Assembly: GCA_023245935.1 (NCBI GenBank)
Contig: JAHFJM010000004.1
Span: forward strand, 13,924-77,923
Origin: Candidatus Peribacteria bacterium
GTDB lineage: Bacteria > Patescibacteriota > Gracilibacteria > Peribacterales > Peribacteraceae
Reading direction: 5' to 3'
DNA: 64,000 nucleotides
The position numbers and the translations under genes are program-made. Below the pieces are notes generated by a model. That model was not told where the DNA came from. It did not search any database and saw only the letters and a program-made list of their open reading frames with translations. How positions within the stretch are numbered: position 1 is the stretch's first letter; each line of letters opens with the position of its first letter. Below are positions 48,253-57,752 of the stretch, piece by piece.

Positions 48253-49618
48253 GCTGTCGCCACTCCGACTTGCGTACCACCGCACACGAGCGCTGATTGC
48301 AGCGCTGTGGTATGGATTTCCGGCAAAGAAGCTGACGATCATCGGGATCACGGGTACCGACGGCAAGACAACGACCGTCGGCATGGTCGCACATATTTTG
48401 AATGAATGCGGAATCAAGACCGGAGCGCTCTCGACTGCATTCTTCCAGATCGGCAATGATGTCCGCTTCAATCCGACGCAGAAGACCTCGCCTTCACCGT
48501 TCCTGGTGCAGAAGTTTTTGCGTGACCTCGTAAGAGCCGGATGCACGCATGCCGTTCTCGAGTGTTCGTCGCACGGACTGCTGCAAGGTCGACTGAATCA
48601 CACATACCCGTCAGTCGCAGGTATCACGAATGTTTCGGAAGAACATCTCGATTACCATGGAACGATGGAGCAGTACATTCAGGCAAAATCCATTCTCTTT
48701 ACGATGCTTGAAGGCGAGGGAACAAAAGTATTGCATTACTCGGATCGATCCACGGAAACGCTTCGCACTGTTCCATCAAAGAAAACGATCCTCTTCGATC
48801 TCGAAGAGACAAAAATAGATTCCCGCACAGGTGCACCGCTGAATCTCTGGACAGAGGAAATTTCTGTCACAGGCACCGGATCAAACGCAGCACTTGTTTG
48901 GGATGACAGAGGATCTTCCGGAACGCAACGCCTTTCCCTCTCTCTCAATATTCCAGGACGATTCAACCTCGAGAATGCGCTCTGCGCGATTGGTTGCATC
49001 TGCGGTTTGCCCTCTTCTCCGGCACTCAGCGCCAGTGTGAAAGCACTGCAAACATTCAAAGGAGTAGCCGGGCGCATGGAACGAATTGAGGAGCAGCAGG
49101 ACTTCTCTGTAGTCATCGACTTCACGGTCACGCCGAAATCGTATGAATCGACACTCAAGACACTGCGATCGATGCTCGCTCCGGGAAAGCGACTACTCGT
49201 CCTCACTGGCAGCTGCGGCGACCGCATGAAGATGAAACGACCGATCATCGGCTCACTCTGCGCAGCTCTTGCAGACGTTGTTGTCGTCACGAATGAAGAT
49301 CCCTACACAGAGGATCCGGAGAAAATCATTGATGAAATTCTCACGGGTGTTGCAGGGATGATGCCAATCTACAAAAATACCTCCGAGATTCCAGCAAATG
49401 TCATGAACCGCGACACCACTTCGGGTGCAGGGCAGAGTAAATTTTGTGTTCGTATTTCAGATCGTCTTCTAGGGCTCCAATGGATTTTATCGCATGCTAA
49501 AACAGGTGACATCGTTCTGATCGCCGGGAAGGGATCTGACACGACGATGATGACGGCACATGGGCAGATACCGTGGAATGAGAGGGAGATAGTACGAAGA
49601 GAATTAAGAAATAAGTAG
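48221..49618 (+). CDS. murE: Mur ligase, MurE-like (UDP-MurNAc-tripeptide synthetase)
   Basis: The P-loop is IIGITGTDGKTTT. The Mur ligase middle and C-terminal domain pattern (NLENALCAI, GRMERI, DFTVTP, GKGSD) is present. Confidence 0.8.
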   Translation: MKKLLKSIVPELSPLRLAYHRTRALIAALWYGFPAKKLTIIGITGTDGKTTTVGMVAHILNECGIKTGALSTAFFQIGNDVRFNPTQKTSPSPFLVQKFLRDLVRAGCTHAVLECSSHGLLQGRLNHTYPSVAGITNVSEEHLDYHGTMEQYIQAKSILFTMLEGEGTKVLHYSDRSTETLRTVPSKKTILFDLEETKIDSRTGAPLNLWTEEISVTGTGSNAALVWDDRGSSGTQRLSLSLNIPGRFNLENALCAIGCICGLPSSPALSASVKALQTFKGVAGRMERIEEQQDFSVVIDFTVTPKSYESTLKTLRSMLAPGKRLLVLTGSCGDRMKMKRPIIGSLCAALADVVVVTNEDPYTEDPEKIIDEILTGVAGMMPIYKNTSEIPANVMNRDTTSGAGQSKFCVRISDRLLGLQWILSHAKTGDIVLIAGKGSDTTMMTAHGQIPWNEREIVRRELRNK

Positions 49619-49677
49619 TACGTAGTAAGAATAACATCCAACACTCGAGGTGCAATGCTTGCTATACTTCTTACTAC

Positions 49678-50466
49678 TTACTTCTTACTACTTTTCCTCC
49701 AACACCAAATACCAAACCCAATCAAGAAGACGGGTACAGTCAGCAGCTGTCCCCGACTCAACATCAATCCAAGCACCTGTGTGTATCCGTACGGCTGATC
49801 ACGAAAGATTTCGACGATGAAACGAAGAACGGCATAGAGCATCAGAAACAGTGCGGTTGTTTTGCCTGAGCTGTCTTTCTCGGATGACGTAATCTTCAAA
49901 TGCCTGAAACAGGCAAACGCAATGAAAAGATCTTTGATGATCGCATAGATCTGCGTCGGATGACGACTGCCTTCAGCGCCGGGAAACTGCATTCCCCATG
50001 GCAGAGTCGTCAATGTCCCATAGAGCTCTCCGTTGATGAGATTGCCGAGTCTGCCGAGGGCAAGACCGATGGCAATCGGAATAACGAGAATGTCGGTGAG
50101 TGCAAACAAGTCGATCCCGTTCTTTCGCGCAAAGTGGACAAGCGCAAGCGTGACACCGATGAAACCTCCATGTGATGACATGCCGCCATGCCACACGGCA
50201 AAGATTTCCAGCGGATGATCGAGATAGAACGATCCTCCGTAGAACAGCACGAAGCCGAGACGACCGCCGAGGAGGACGCCGAGAAACACATGGAAGAGAA
50301 GGGATTCCCGCTGCGCATGGTTCAATGTGATATTTCTGTATCGCTGTATTCTCGGCAGCAGCCAGACACCGATCAAAAATCCAAGCAGATAGAGAATGCC
50401 GTACCAGTGAATGGCAATCGGACCGAGGGAGAGGGCGACGGCGCGGGAGGGGAAGAGAGAAATCAA
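49678..50466 (-). CDS. lgt: Prolipoprotein diacylglyceryl transferase
   Basis: HWYGILYLLGFLIG, GGRLGFVLFY, the SSHGGFIG context and GRLGN are present. There is no ATG upstream of the conserved core, so the start is tentatively placed at the TTG whose reverse complement is at 50464-50466. The ORF track extends to 50610 and overlaps tsaD. Confidence 0.75.
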   Translation of the reverse strand: MISLFPSRAVALSLGPIAIHWYGILYLLGFLIGVWLLPRIQRYRNITLNHAQRESLLFHVFLGVLLGGRLGFVLFYGGSFYLDHPLEIFAVWHGGMSSHGGFIGVTLALVHFARKNGIDLFALTDILVIPIAIGLALGRLGNLINGELYGTLTTLPWGMQFPGAEGSRHPTQIYAIIKDLFIAFACFRHLKITSSEKDSSGKTTALFLMLYAVLRFIVEIFRDQPYGYTQVLGLMLSRGQLLTVPVFLIGFGIWCWRKSSKK

Positions 50467-50509
50467 GGTATGGAAGGTACGGAAGGTATGGTAGGTTTGG
50501 AAGGTGATG
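50465..50509. repeat. Five tandem 9-bp units AAGGTAYGG (degenerating) in the lgt-tsaD divergent spacer
   Basis: The units are aaggtatgg aaggtacgg aaggtatgg taggtttgg aaggtgatg, directly followed by aggtaaagcaagcat and the tsaD ATG at 50525. Confidence 0.6.
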
Positions 50510-50524
50510 AGGTAAAGCAAGCAT

Positions 50525-51658
50525 ATGCGTATTCTCGGTCTCGAAACATCGTGCGATGAAACCTCTGCCGCTGTCGTCGAGGACGGATGCAGGGTCAAAA
50601 GCTGCGTCATCGCAAGCTCTCAGAAAGATTTCGAGAGGAAAGGAGGCGTGATCCCGGAAGACGCAGCGAGGAAGCAGCTTGAAGTGATTTTGCCTGTCAT
50701 CCGGAAGGCGTTGGATGATGCGAAATGTACGGAAGAAAGCATCGATGCAATTGCAGTCACGTTCGGTCCGGGATTACTCGGTTCGCTGCTCGTCGGGACG
50801 ACAACGGCAAGAACGCTCGCTTCCGTCTGGAAAAAACCACTCATTCCTGTGCATCACACGCTTGGGCATCTCTCTTCAACCTGGCTTTTCTCTCCAAATC
50901 AGAGCCTCAATCCCAACCCTAACCCTAGCCCTGTTTTCCCCATCCTCACCCTCTCCGTCTCCGGCGGACACTCGGATCTCTGGGTTCGATCCTCACACAT
51001 TTCCGGAACGCTCATCGGCTCAACCAGAGATGACGCTGCGGGAGAAGCGTTCGACAAAGGAGCCGTGATGCTCGGGCTCCCCTACCCGGGGGGACCCGCG
51101 CTCGCAAAACTTGCGGAAGAAGGCGACGAGAAGACGTACTCGTTTCCAAATCCACTCGAGAAAGAACATACGCTCGACTTCAGTTTCTCCGGTCTCAAGA
51201 CATCACTGAAATACCTGCTTCGAGATCTGGAAAAACAAGAGAGTATTCAGCCGCTTCGAGCATCGATTGCGGCAAGCTTTCAGTTCGCAATCTGCAGGCA
51301 TCTCTGTTCGACATTGGAGAAGGCAATCAACAGTCATCCGGACATCAAAGAAGTGCACATCGTCGGAGGAGTATCGGCAAACGAGCGACTCAGAATGATG
51401 ACGCGCGCGCTCGGGGAAAAGCATGGAATCATTGTTCGATGGCCATCGTCTCTTCGCACCTGCACCGATAACGGTGCGATGATCGCATCAGCCGGATATT
51501 TTCTCGTGCAAGAAAAACCGGAGATGCTCGGTGCCGAGTTTGAGACAAGTGCGACGGCGAATCTAGAAAAACTCCTTGACCATTCGCCAGAGAATACTGC
51601 TCGGAAAGCAACCTCTCAAAAATCGCAGAATGCGAGGAAGCAAGTAAAAATTTCGTGA
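50525..51658 (+). CDS. tsaD: tRNA N6-adenosine threonylcarbamoyltransferase TsaD (Kae1/Gcp)
   Basis: MRILGLETSCDETSAAVV, the HH motif (PVHHTLGHL) and the GGVSAN motif are present. Confidence 0.95.
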   Translation: MRILGLETSCDETSAAVVEDGCRVKSCVIASSQKDFERKGGVIPEDAARKQLEVILPVIRKALDDAKCTEESIDAIAVTFGPGLLGSLLVGTTTARTLASVWKKPLIPVHHTLGHLSSTWLFSPNQSLNPNPNPSPVFPILTLSVSGGHSDLWVRSSHISGTLIGSTRDDAAGEAFDKGAVMLGLPYPGGPALAKLAEEGDEKTYSFPNPLEKEHTLDFSFSGLKTSLKYLLRDLEKQESIQPLRASIAASFQFAICRHLCSTLEKAINSHPDIKEVHIVGGVSANERLRMMTRALGEKHGIIVRWPSSLRTCTDNGAMIASAGYFLVQEKPEMLGAEFETSATANLEKLLDHSPENTARKATSQKSQNARKQVKIS

Positions 51659-51728
51659 GGCGTATGCATATACGTTGAACGAAATTTTTACGCAGCTGAC
51701 GAAGCAGACTGCATTTTTCAGAGGTTGC

Positions 51729-51827
51729 TCAGTACTGCAAAGAAGACAGTGCAGGCAGCAGTGCACCTAAAATAATCGCAAGAACTCCTGCGATGGCCAC
51801 GCCGCGAATGAGGGAACGTGTTTTCAT
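51729..51827 (-). CDS. Possible 32-aa hydrophobic peptide (MKTRSLIRGVAIAGVLAIILGALLPALSSLQY) translationally coupled to the PKD gene
   Basis: Its ATG overlaps the PKD-protein stop as ATGA (reverse complement at 51824-51827). It has a single TM-like segment and is too short for the ORF track. Confidence 0.3.
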   Translation of the reverse strand: MKTRSLIRGVAIAGVLAIILGALLPALSSLQY

Positions 51828-53899
51828 GGTGCAGTCACGGTAATGATAGCAGTTTGGCTGCTTTTCCGTCCGTCGGCCGTGACCGCAACAAATGAGACAC
51901 TGTAGATTCCCGGCTTTGCGAAAACGTGTGTTGGGTTTGATTGATCGCTCTGTGAACCGTCGCCAAAATCCCAGAGTTTGGAGACGAACTTCCCCGCCGA
52001 GCAGGAATCGTCGAAGAGCACTCCGAGGGGCGCCTTGCCGTTCGTTCGACTGGGCATGAAGCAGGCGTCGATGATCGGCGCCTTCACCACGAGTGTCTGT
52101 TTTCCGATGTAGAATTGATTCGATGTGGTGCGCACGGTCAAGGTCACGGTGTACGTTCCCGGATTTTGGTACGAATGCGTGATGCGTGAACCGGAAAACT
52201 TGGTACCCGTGCTGTCTCCTCCGCTTGATCTGTCATCGCCGTAATCCCAGACGAAACCGGTAATTTCCTCTCCCGACGGAACGTACGTGTCGGAAGCATC
52301 GAAGGTGACGATCGCCGGAGCCGTCGGTGTGGGAGGATCCATCGTGAAGCTGACAACCGACTGAGGAGACTCCGCCGTCACCGTGATGCGCTTGCGGAAC
52401 ACATTCTGATCGGGATCAACGGCAATGAGATCGAGAAAGTACCGTCCGATGTCACGGTAGACCGCATGGAAGCTTTTATCGGTTGCAAGTACTTCCGTTG
52501 CACTCTGCGCATCCCATGAAAAAGAGATGAGCGGTTGCGAGGTGATAGGTGTCAAATCAATCGTCAGCGGCACCTCTCCCGTGATCGTGAACCCTTTCAC
52601 CTCAGGCCTACCCTGGAAGGTAAGATCGGAAAGAACAAGTGGGTTCGTGATGCGCACAAGCTTCGAAAGCTTTGCGGTCGCTCCGCTCTGGGAGCGAACA
52701 GTGCTGGTAACGGCATAACTTCCAACGGAGGAAAACACATGGGCAATCCGAAGTCCCTCGCCCGTTTTCTGGTCACCGAAATCCCACGAAGCACTGGCGA
52801 TGGGCTCCTTGGTCTTCAGTGTGAACACCGCGCCGAACGGAGGCGGACCGAGCAGTGTCGACGGCTCGGTCTCGAGTTCAATCGTAAACGGCTGCTCCGC
52901 AGGCTTCACCACCTCGATCTTTCGTTGAAAGGCCGTCTGCGTCTGGTTGCTGAACTTCATCGTCACCGTGACCGTGACCTCACCCAGCTTATGGTAGACA
53001 TTCGTGGCAACGGTCTTATCGGTCTCCAGATCAACCGTTCCATCGCTCTCGAAATCCCATGTTGCTTTCTCAAGTTTGGGAGCGGTATCCCCACCCGGTG
53101 GCAGCAAATTTTGAAGAGAAAATTGGACAGGGTCATCGATTACGGGATTCATCGGCTCGATGCCGAAGCTCTGCTTGGCAACAACGAGACTCATGCCAAC
53201 CTTCTTCACCGTGCCATTGGTCATCATCACCGTCACGGCAATCGGGTAAATGCCGGAACGATTGACGATGTACGTCGCCTGAGGATCGAATGTTTCCTGA
53301 TCGGGCGTGCCATCCGAAGTGAAGTCCCACTGGTACTTGAGCGGTACCAGATGCATCTGATTGAAGAGTTGCATGGTCGTGGGCATACCAAACGTCACGG
53401 AAACGGGTGCGATCAGTTCCTCGGCATTTGCAGGCTTGATAACCTCCAGAAGGAAAGTCGGTTCACGGTTGATCATGAAGAGCGTGAGTGCGCTGACCCC
53501 GAGGACAGGGAGAACACCGATGAGCAAACGGACGAAAGCCACCAGCTTCATCTGCTGTGTCCCTCCCACCATCGCGATGCGCATCATCCCAAGGACACCG
53601 ACAAATCCTGCAAGGAGAGCACCGAGTGCCATCACGATGGTGCCAATGAGTTTCAAATCCGCACCGCTTGCGTCCTGCGTTGGAAACTTCGCGAGGAGGA
53701 AAACGGCATAGGCAACGTACAGAGCACCCGCGACTCCGAAGGTCGTGAGCAAAACGGCATGCATTCGGGGCTTCTTTCCTTGATCAGTGAGAACTTTTTT
53801 CGCTGCTGCGGGAGCAACGGGAGACCCTTGAACCGGAACTTCCGCCGCTCGTGCAATGCCGTCAACGGACGTTGGTGTTGGAGGGTTTTCCTGCGCCAT
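51824..53899 (-). CDS. Polytopic N-terminal membrane domain + multiple PKD-domain repeats
   Basis: About 4 TM helices are followed by repeated WDF(G/E/T)(D/S)G...... motifs, for example WDFGDGSQSDQSNPTHVFAKPGIYSVSFVAVTADG. This is the classic PKD pattern. Confidence 0.8.
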   Translation of the reverse strand: MAQENPPTPTSVDGIARAAEVPVQGSPVAPAAAKKVLTDQGKKPRMHAVLLTTFGVAGALYVAYAVFLLAKFPTQDASGADLKLIGTIVMALGALLAGFVGVLGMMRIAMVGGTQQMKLVAFVRLLIGVLPVLGVSALTLFMINREPTFLLEVIKPANAEELIAPVSVTFGMPTTMQLFNQMHLVPLKYQWDFTSDGTPDQETFDPQATYIVNRSGIYPIAVTVMMTNGTVKKVGMSLVVAKQSFGIEPMNPVIDDPVQFSLQNLLPPGGDTAPKLEKATWDFESDGTVDLETDKTVATNVYHKLGEVTVTVTMKFSNQTQTAFQRKIEVVKPAEQPFTIELETEPSTLLGPPPFGAVFTLKTKEPIASASWDFGDQKTGEGLRIAHVFSSVGSYAVTSTVRSQSGATAKLSKLVRITNPLVLSDLTFQGRPEVKGFTITGEVPLTIDLTPITSQPLISFSWDAQSATEVLATDKSFHAVYRDIGRYFLDLIAVDPDQNVFRKRITVTAESPQSVVSFTMDPPTPTAPAIVTFDASDTYVPSGEEITGFVWDYGDDRSSGGDSTGTKFSGSRITHSYQNPGTYTVTLTVRTTSNQFYIGKQTLVVKAPIIDACFMPSRTNGKAPLGVLFDDSCSAGKFVSKLWDFGDGSQSDQSNPTHVFAKPGIYSVSFVAVTADGRKSSQTAIITVTAP

Positions 53900-53976
53900 C
53901 GTCGGTCAGTATCCACGCAAGAGGTGCCGAGCGGAAGTGGTGCAGCGCGAAAAATGATGTCAAAACTCATATCTTG

Positions 53977-54927
53977 CTATCTCTCGTGATACGGAGTGGC
54001 AACAATGTCCGACGGTTCCTCGATGACGAAGTTGATCTTCTTGCTCCTCGAAGCGTGCACCTCCGCCTTCAAATTCAGCACTTTCGTTTCTCCCGCCTGC
54101 AGGATGATCGTGGGACTGAACTCGAGTGTCGCAGTGTATCCGCGCAGGTGCGGCACGGGAGCAGTCAGCCCGGTTCCGGAGAGCGTCTCGAGGGACAACC
54201 ACTGCAAATCCATATCGCGTGCCGTCTCAACATTCGTGAACGTGATGCTCTTGAGGAGGTGCGCAGTCCCGGGTCCCGCCGTCAGCTGCACCCTCGCAAC
54301 ACTCTCGATATGTCCGTACTCAACGTGAGCGGACGTTGGCAAGAGACGAACTGTCAGTGATTCTCCCGCCAGAGCCGGAGACATCGATATCACTTTTTTC
54401 GTCGGATCATCCATCGTCAGATTCGTCCGCTTCGCACTCGAGACGATATCAGTGACACTCGCGAGAATAATCCCATGTTCGGACGCAACCTGCGAATCGG
54501 TGCGCATATCGCCAAGCACCGTGAAAGTCACCGCACCGCATTTCGGCAACGTCAGTGCACGAAAACGCAGCGTGGCTTTGTTTCGCTGACGATCGAAGTG
54601 CGCAGCGCGCGTGGTGCGCGTGAAACCGTCGACGGCGTAGACGGATGCGATATCGGTCGAAAGCCCGAGTCCGATGTGCGTGAGGTCGATGGAAGAAACT
54701 TTGATCTCACTGTCGCACGATGCGGAGAGACTGACTGTCAGGAAGGGAACATGTGATGCGCCCTGCGGGAGCGAACCGGCGGTCTGGACGGCATCGGTCA
54801 CAACTGTCAGTGTTCCTGATCCCCTCTCGGAGTACTGCGTATCGGGTGCGGGAATTGCAGTCGATACGGCAGGCTGAAGAAGATCAAGCAGCATGAGGGA
54901 AACGAACGCAGTTGAAATGATGTTCAT
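53977..54927 (-). CDS. Hypothetical secreted protein (signal peptide; two beta-rich repeats)
   Basis: This 316-aa ORF lies upstream of and co-directional with the PKD gene. It has a hydrophobic N-terminus and Thr/Val/Ser-rich alternating patterns. I recognise no named motif. Confidence 0.5.
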   Translation of the reverse strand: MNIISTAFVSLMLLDLLQPAVSTAIPAPDTQYSERGSGTLTVVTDAVQTAGSLPQGASHVPFLTVSLSASCDSEIKVSSIDLTHIGLGLSTDIASVYAVDGFTRTTRAAHFDRQRNKATLRFRALTLPKCGAVTFTVLGDMRTDSQVASEHGIILASVTDIVSSAKRTNLTMDDPTKKVISMSPALAGESLTVRLLPTSAHVEYGHIESVARVQLTAGPGTAHLLKSITFTNVETARDMDLQWLSLETLSGTGLTAPVPHLRGYTATLEFSPTIILQAGETKVLNLKAEVHASRSKKINFVIEEPSDIVATPYHER

Positions 54928-54960
54928 AGAATCATTGTAGCAACAAGAAACTTTTGAATT

Positions 54961-55827
54961 TTACCACTTCCCACTCGCCCCCCCGCCACCGAAGCCACCT
55001 CCGCCAAAACCACCGAATCCGCCACCTCGTCCGCCTCCAAAACCCCCTCCCGGTCCCCATCCTCCACCCGCCCACCAGCTCGTTGCCCCACGAGATTTGT
55101 AATTTTTCGAGACGAGGTAATCAAGCAGAAACCCGAGAGGAATGAGAATCGGCAGCAGCAGCCACCATCCGAACACGAATGCCAGAATCAGTCCGCCGAT
55201 TCCTCCAAGCACTCCTCCAAGCCACCAGGATTTCGTGCGACCGAGAACTGAGGCAAGCCATTGCAGCAGGAGAAAACCAATCAGGAAGATCACTCCGGCG
55301 GAAGGACTTCCCGTATCTTTTTGCGCATAACGATCCGCAGTGAACTCACCGCCGATGTGCTTCTTCAGTGAATCGATGCCGGCGGAGATGCCTTCGAAGT
55401 ACTTCGCGTTCCTGAAATTTGGAACGATATCGGTGTCGATGATCCCCTTCGCAACGATATCCGGTACCGCACCCTCGAGACCGTAGCCGACGTCGAATCT
55501 GACTGTGTGTCCGGCGTAATCGATCAGCATCAGGATGCCGTTGTTTTTCCCCGATGAACCGATCCCCCACTGACGACCGATCTGCAGACCAATGTCCTCG
55601 ATGGCTTCTCCGCCGAGATCCGGAAGAATCACGACGGCGATCTCGTTGCTCGTCGCATCTTTGTACTGCTGCAACATCGAATCGAGATCGGATTTCTGCT
55701 CTGCAGTCAGAATGCCTGCGGCGTCAGTCACGAAGCCGTCATTCGGAGGAATCACGAAGGCAGCACATGCAATTGATACGCTGAGAATCCAAGCTCCAAA
55801 GAGACACGTACCGCGAAGAGATTTCAT
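54961..55827 (-). CDS. TPM-domain protein (YgcG-like) with TM and Gly-rich tail
   Basis: GFVTDAAGILTAEQKSDLDSMLQQYKDATSNEIAVVILPDL is the TPM pattern. The C-terminal tail is GGGFGGGRGGGFGGFGGGGFGGGG. Confidence 0.8.
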   Translation of the reverse strand: MKSLRGTCLFGAWILSVSIACAAFVIPPNDGFVTDAAGILTAEQKSDLDSMLQQYKDATSNEIAVVILPDLGGEAIEDIGLQIGRQWGIGSSGKNNGILMLIDYAGHTVRFDVGYGLEGAVPDIVAKGIIDTDIVPNFRNAKYFEGISAGIDSLKKHIGGEFTADRYAQKDTGSPSAGVIFLIGFLLLQWLASVLGRTKSWWLGGVLGGIGGLILAFVFGWWLLLPILIPLGFLLDYLVSKNYKSRGATSWWAGGGWGPGGGFGGGRGGGFGGFGGGGFGGGGASGKW

Positions 55828-55830
55828 ACA

Positions 55831-56406
55831 TTATTTGGTGAAATCGACGACCGGAGCTTTGTCCGCGCCTTCGACTGCCTCAAATGACTTCTCCGACGCA
55901 AAGCCAAACAGCTTCGCCGCAAGAACGCCTGGGAATCTCTGCACGCGGACATTGTAGGCAAACACGGCATCGTTGTAATCCTTGCGTGCGACAGCGACTC
56001 TGTTCTCCGTTCCTTCGAGCTGCGTCATGAGATCACGAAACGCCTGCGTCGCCTGCAGCTGCGGGTACGCTTCGACCGTCACGAGCAGACGCGACAGAGC
56101 GGAATCGAAACCCGATGCCGCCTGAATTTCCCCGCCGCGATCACCGATCGATTTCGATTGCGACCAACTGCTTCGAGCCTGCGTGACCGCAGTGAATGTG
56201 TCCTGCTCGAATTTTGCGGCACCCTTCACGGTGCTCACGAGATTCGGCACGAGATCAATGCGGCGCTGGTACTGCGTCTCGACTTGTGCCCATGCATTGT
56301 CGACACCTCCCTTCGCGGTGATCAAGCCGTTATAGCTGCTGACTGCCCAGAGGAGAACGAGAACGATGCATCCGAGAAGGATCCAAAGAGGAGAGATTTT
56401 GCGCAT
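55831..56406 (-). CDS. lemA: LemA family protein
   Basis: YNGLITAKGGVDNAWAQVETQYQRRIDLVPNLV, VEAYPQLQATQAFRDL and the GTENRVAVARKDYN pattern are present. The start is set at MRKISPLW (the reverse complement of ATG at 56404-56406). This forms the conserved LemA-TPM gene pair. Confidence 0.85.
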   Translation of the reverse strand: MRKISPLWILLGCIVLVLLWAVSSYNGLITAKGGVDNAWAQVETQYQRRIDLVPNLVSTVKGAAKFEQDTFTAVTQARSSWSQSKSIGDRGGEIQAASGFDSALSRLLVTVEAYPQLQATQAFRDLMTQLEGTENRVAVARKDYNDAVFAYNVRVQRFPGVLAAKLFGFASEKSFEAVEGADKAPVVDFTK

Positions 56407-56486
56407 GAGGGAAGGTTGAGAAAGTAAGCTTCGGGAGTATAGCAAAAATAGGGAAAATTGCGACCGGAGAATGAGCATCATTCGTC

Positions 56487-56945
56487 CTAGATGTTCAGTG
56501 CATCGAGGTCAGCCTGTACTTGCCCTGCATGCGAAGCAGCATCGAATCCTTGGTAGATCTTCTGAATGACTCCTGTCGATCCAATCAGGAACGACGTGCG
56601 TTTCGGGAAGACCGTCCCGTCTGTGCCGTACGCTGCGATCAACTGTCGATTCGGATCCGAAAGCAACGTGAACGGCAGCCGGTATTTTTCCTCAAATTTC
56701 TTGTGACTTTCACTGCTATCTGCACTCACACCGACAATCGCGATTGCTTTCGACAACTCAGAAAACTGATCACGGAATCCGCATGCTTCAGCCGTACAAC
56801 CGGGTGTATCGTCTTTGGGGTAGAAGTACAGAAGATATCGCTTGCCTGAAAAATCCGATGACGAGACTTCGCTTCCGTTCTGATCGAGTGCTTTCCATGC
56901 CGGTGCGGTGTCTCCGATACTGAGCATGTTTGAATGATACTCCAA
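56487..56945 (-). CDS. bcp: Peroxiredoxin Bcp (thiol peroxidase)
   Basis: The active site is YFYPKDDTPGCTAEAC. An alternative start, MLSIGD, lies at 56927. Confidence 0.85.
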   Translation of the reverse strand: MEYHSNMLSIGDTAPAWKALDQNGSEVSSSDFSGKRYLLYFYPKDDTPGCTAEACGFRDQFSELSKAIAIVGVSADSSESHKKFEEKYRLPFTLLSDPNRQLIAAYGTDGTVFPKRTSFLIGSTGVIQKIYQGFDAASHAGQVQADLDALNI

Positions 56946-56980
56946 AGGCCAGCCATTCAGGACGACACCAAATATTCTTT

Positions 56981-57640
56981 CTATTGACCTAGCTGTCGCA
57001 CTCGATCGTGTGTTTCCCTTCTAAACTGTGATACCGAGTTCGATGTTGGATAAACCGTCCCTTTCTCTGCCATCTCGCGGAAAGTTGCTCTATCTATACT
57101 TAGTAATTCACGGGTCTCTATATCGATGAAGAGAAGAAATCTATCGTAAGCTCCGGTAAATCGAATGGTTCTCCCTGAATAATGAAATAAACCACCCGGC
57201 ATAAAAGGTGGAATGTCTGGCGTGGGATATACTGAAGGTTCCCCGCCACCCAGCAGTTCACAGATTTCTGTAATTGAAGTGGCGACAGCGGAATTCGGAT
57301 CGAGACATTCTTCAATGTGATACATCAATTCAGTCGACAAAAAAGTTCCCGGTAAAGACATATACACTTCCAATTTTCGTTCAGTAGATTGAGGAGATCG
57401 AAGCAGGTGCAGAATTACTCCTGCATTCATGCTTCGAAGTACAACTTGATAATCAAGAGGAGCATCTGGATCACTTTGATCAGTGTAATCATGAATGATT
57501 CCATCTGCTGACCTTAAAATTTCTTGCCCCCTCCCGAATTCAAGTGCTTCTAGCCTCGCCACAATTTTGTTCAGAAGCGCACATTCCTCCTCCTGCAAAA
57601 TTTCCCTGCCTTTTTCTGGTGATTTCGATGATTCAACCAT
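56981..57640 (-). CDS. Hypothetical protein (AT-richer ORFan next to tRNA-Pro)
   Basis: This is a 219-aa ORF with no motif I recognise. Confidence 0.45.
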   Translation of the reverse strand: MVESSKSPEKGREILQEEECALLNKIVARLEALEFGRGQEILRSADGIIHDYTDQSDPDAPLDYQVVLRSMNAGVILHLLRSPQSTERKLEVYMSLPGTFLSTELMYHIEECLDPNSAVATSITEICELLGGGEPSVYPTPDIPPFMPGGLFHYSGRTIRFTGAYDRFLLFIDIETRELLSIDRATFREMAEKGTVYPTSNSVSQFRRETHDRVRQLGQ

Positions 57641-57676
57641 AGAAATATTATAGCATATTTCTTTATAAATAACAAC

Positions 57677-57752
57677 TGGTCGGAGCGAGAGGACTCGAAC
57701 CTCCAGCCTCGTGGTCCCGAACCACGCGCTCTACCAACTGAGCTACGCCCCG
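57677..57752 (-). tRNA. tRNA-Pro, anticodon CGG (CCA encoded)
   Basis: The reverse complement is CGGGGCGTAGCTCAGTTGGTAGAGCGCGTGGTTCGGGACCACGAGGCTGGAGGTTCGAGTCCTCTCGCTCCGACCA. It has the C1:G72 pair, and the anticodon loop is TT-CGG-GA. Confidence 0.9.

Noticed and set aside
52535-53989. A 484-aa plus-strand ORF opposite the PKD gene
   Set aside because: It has a shadow-frame composition (Arg/His/Leu-rich), while the minus strand carries clear PKD repeats.
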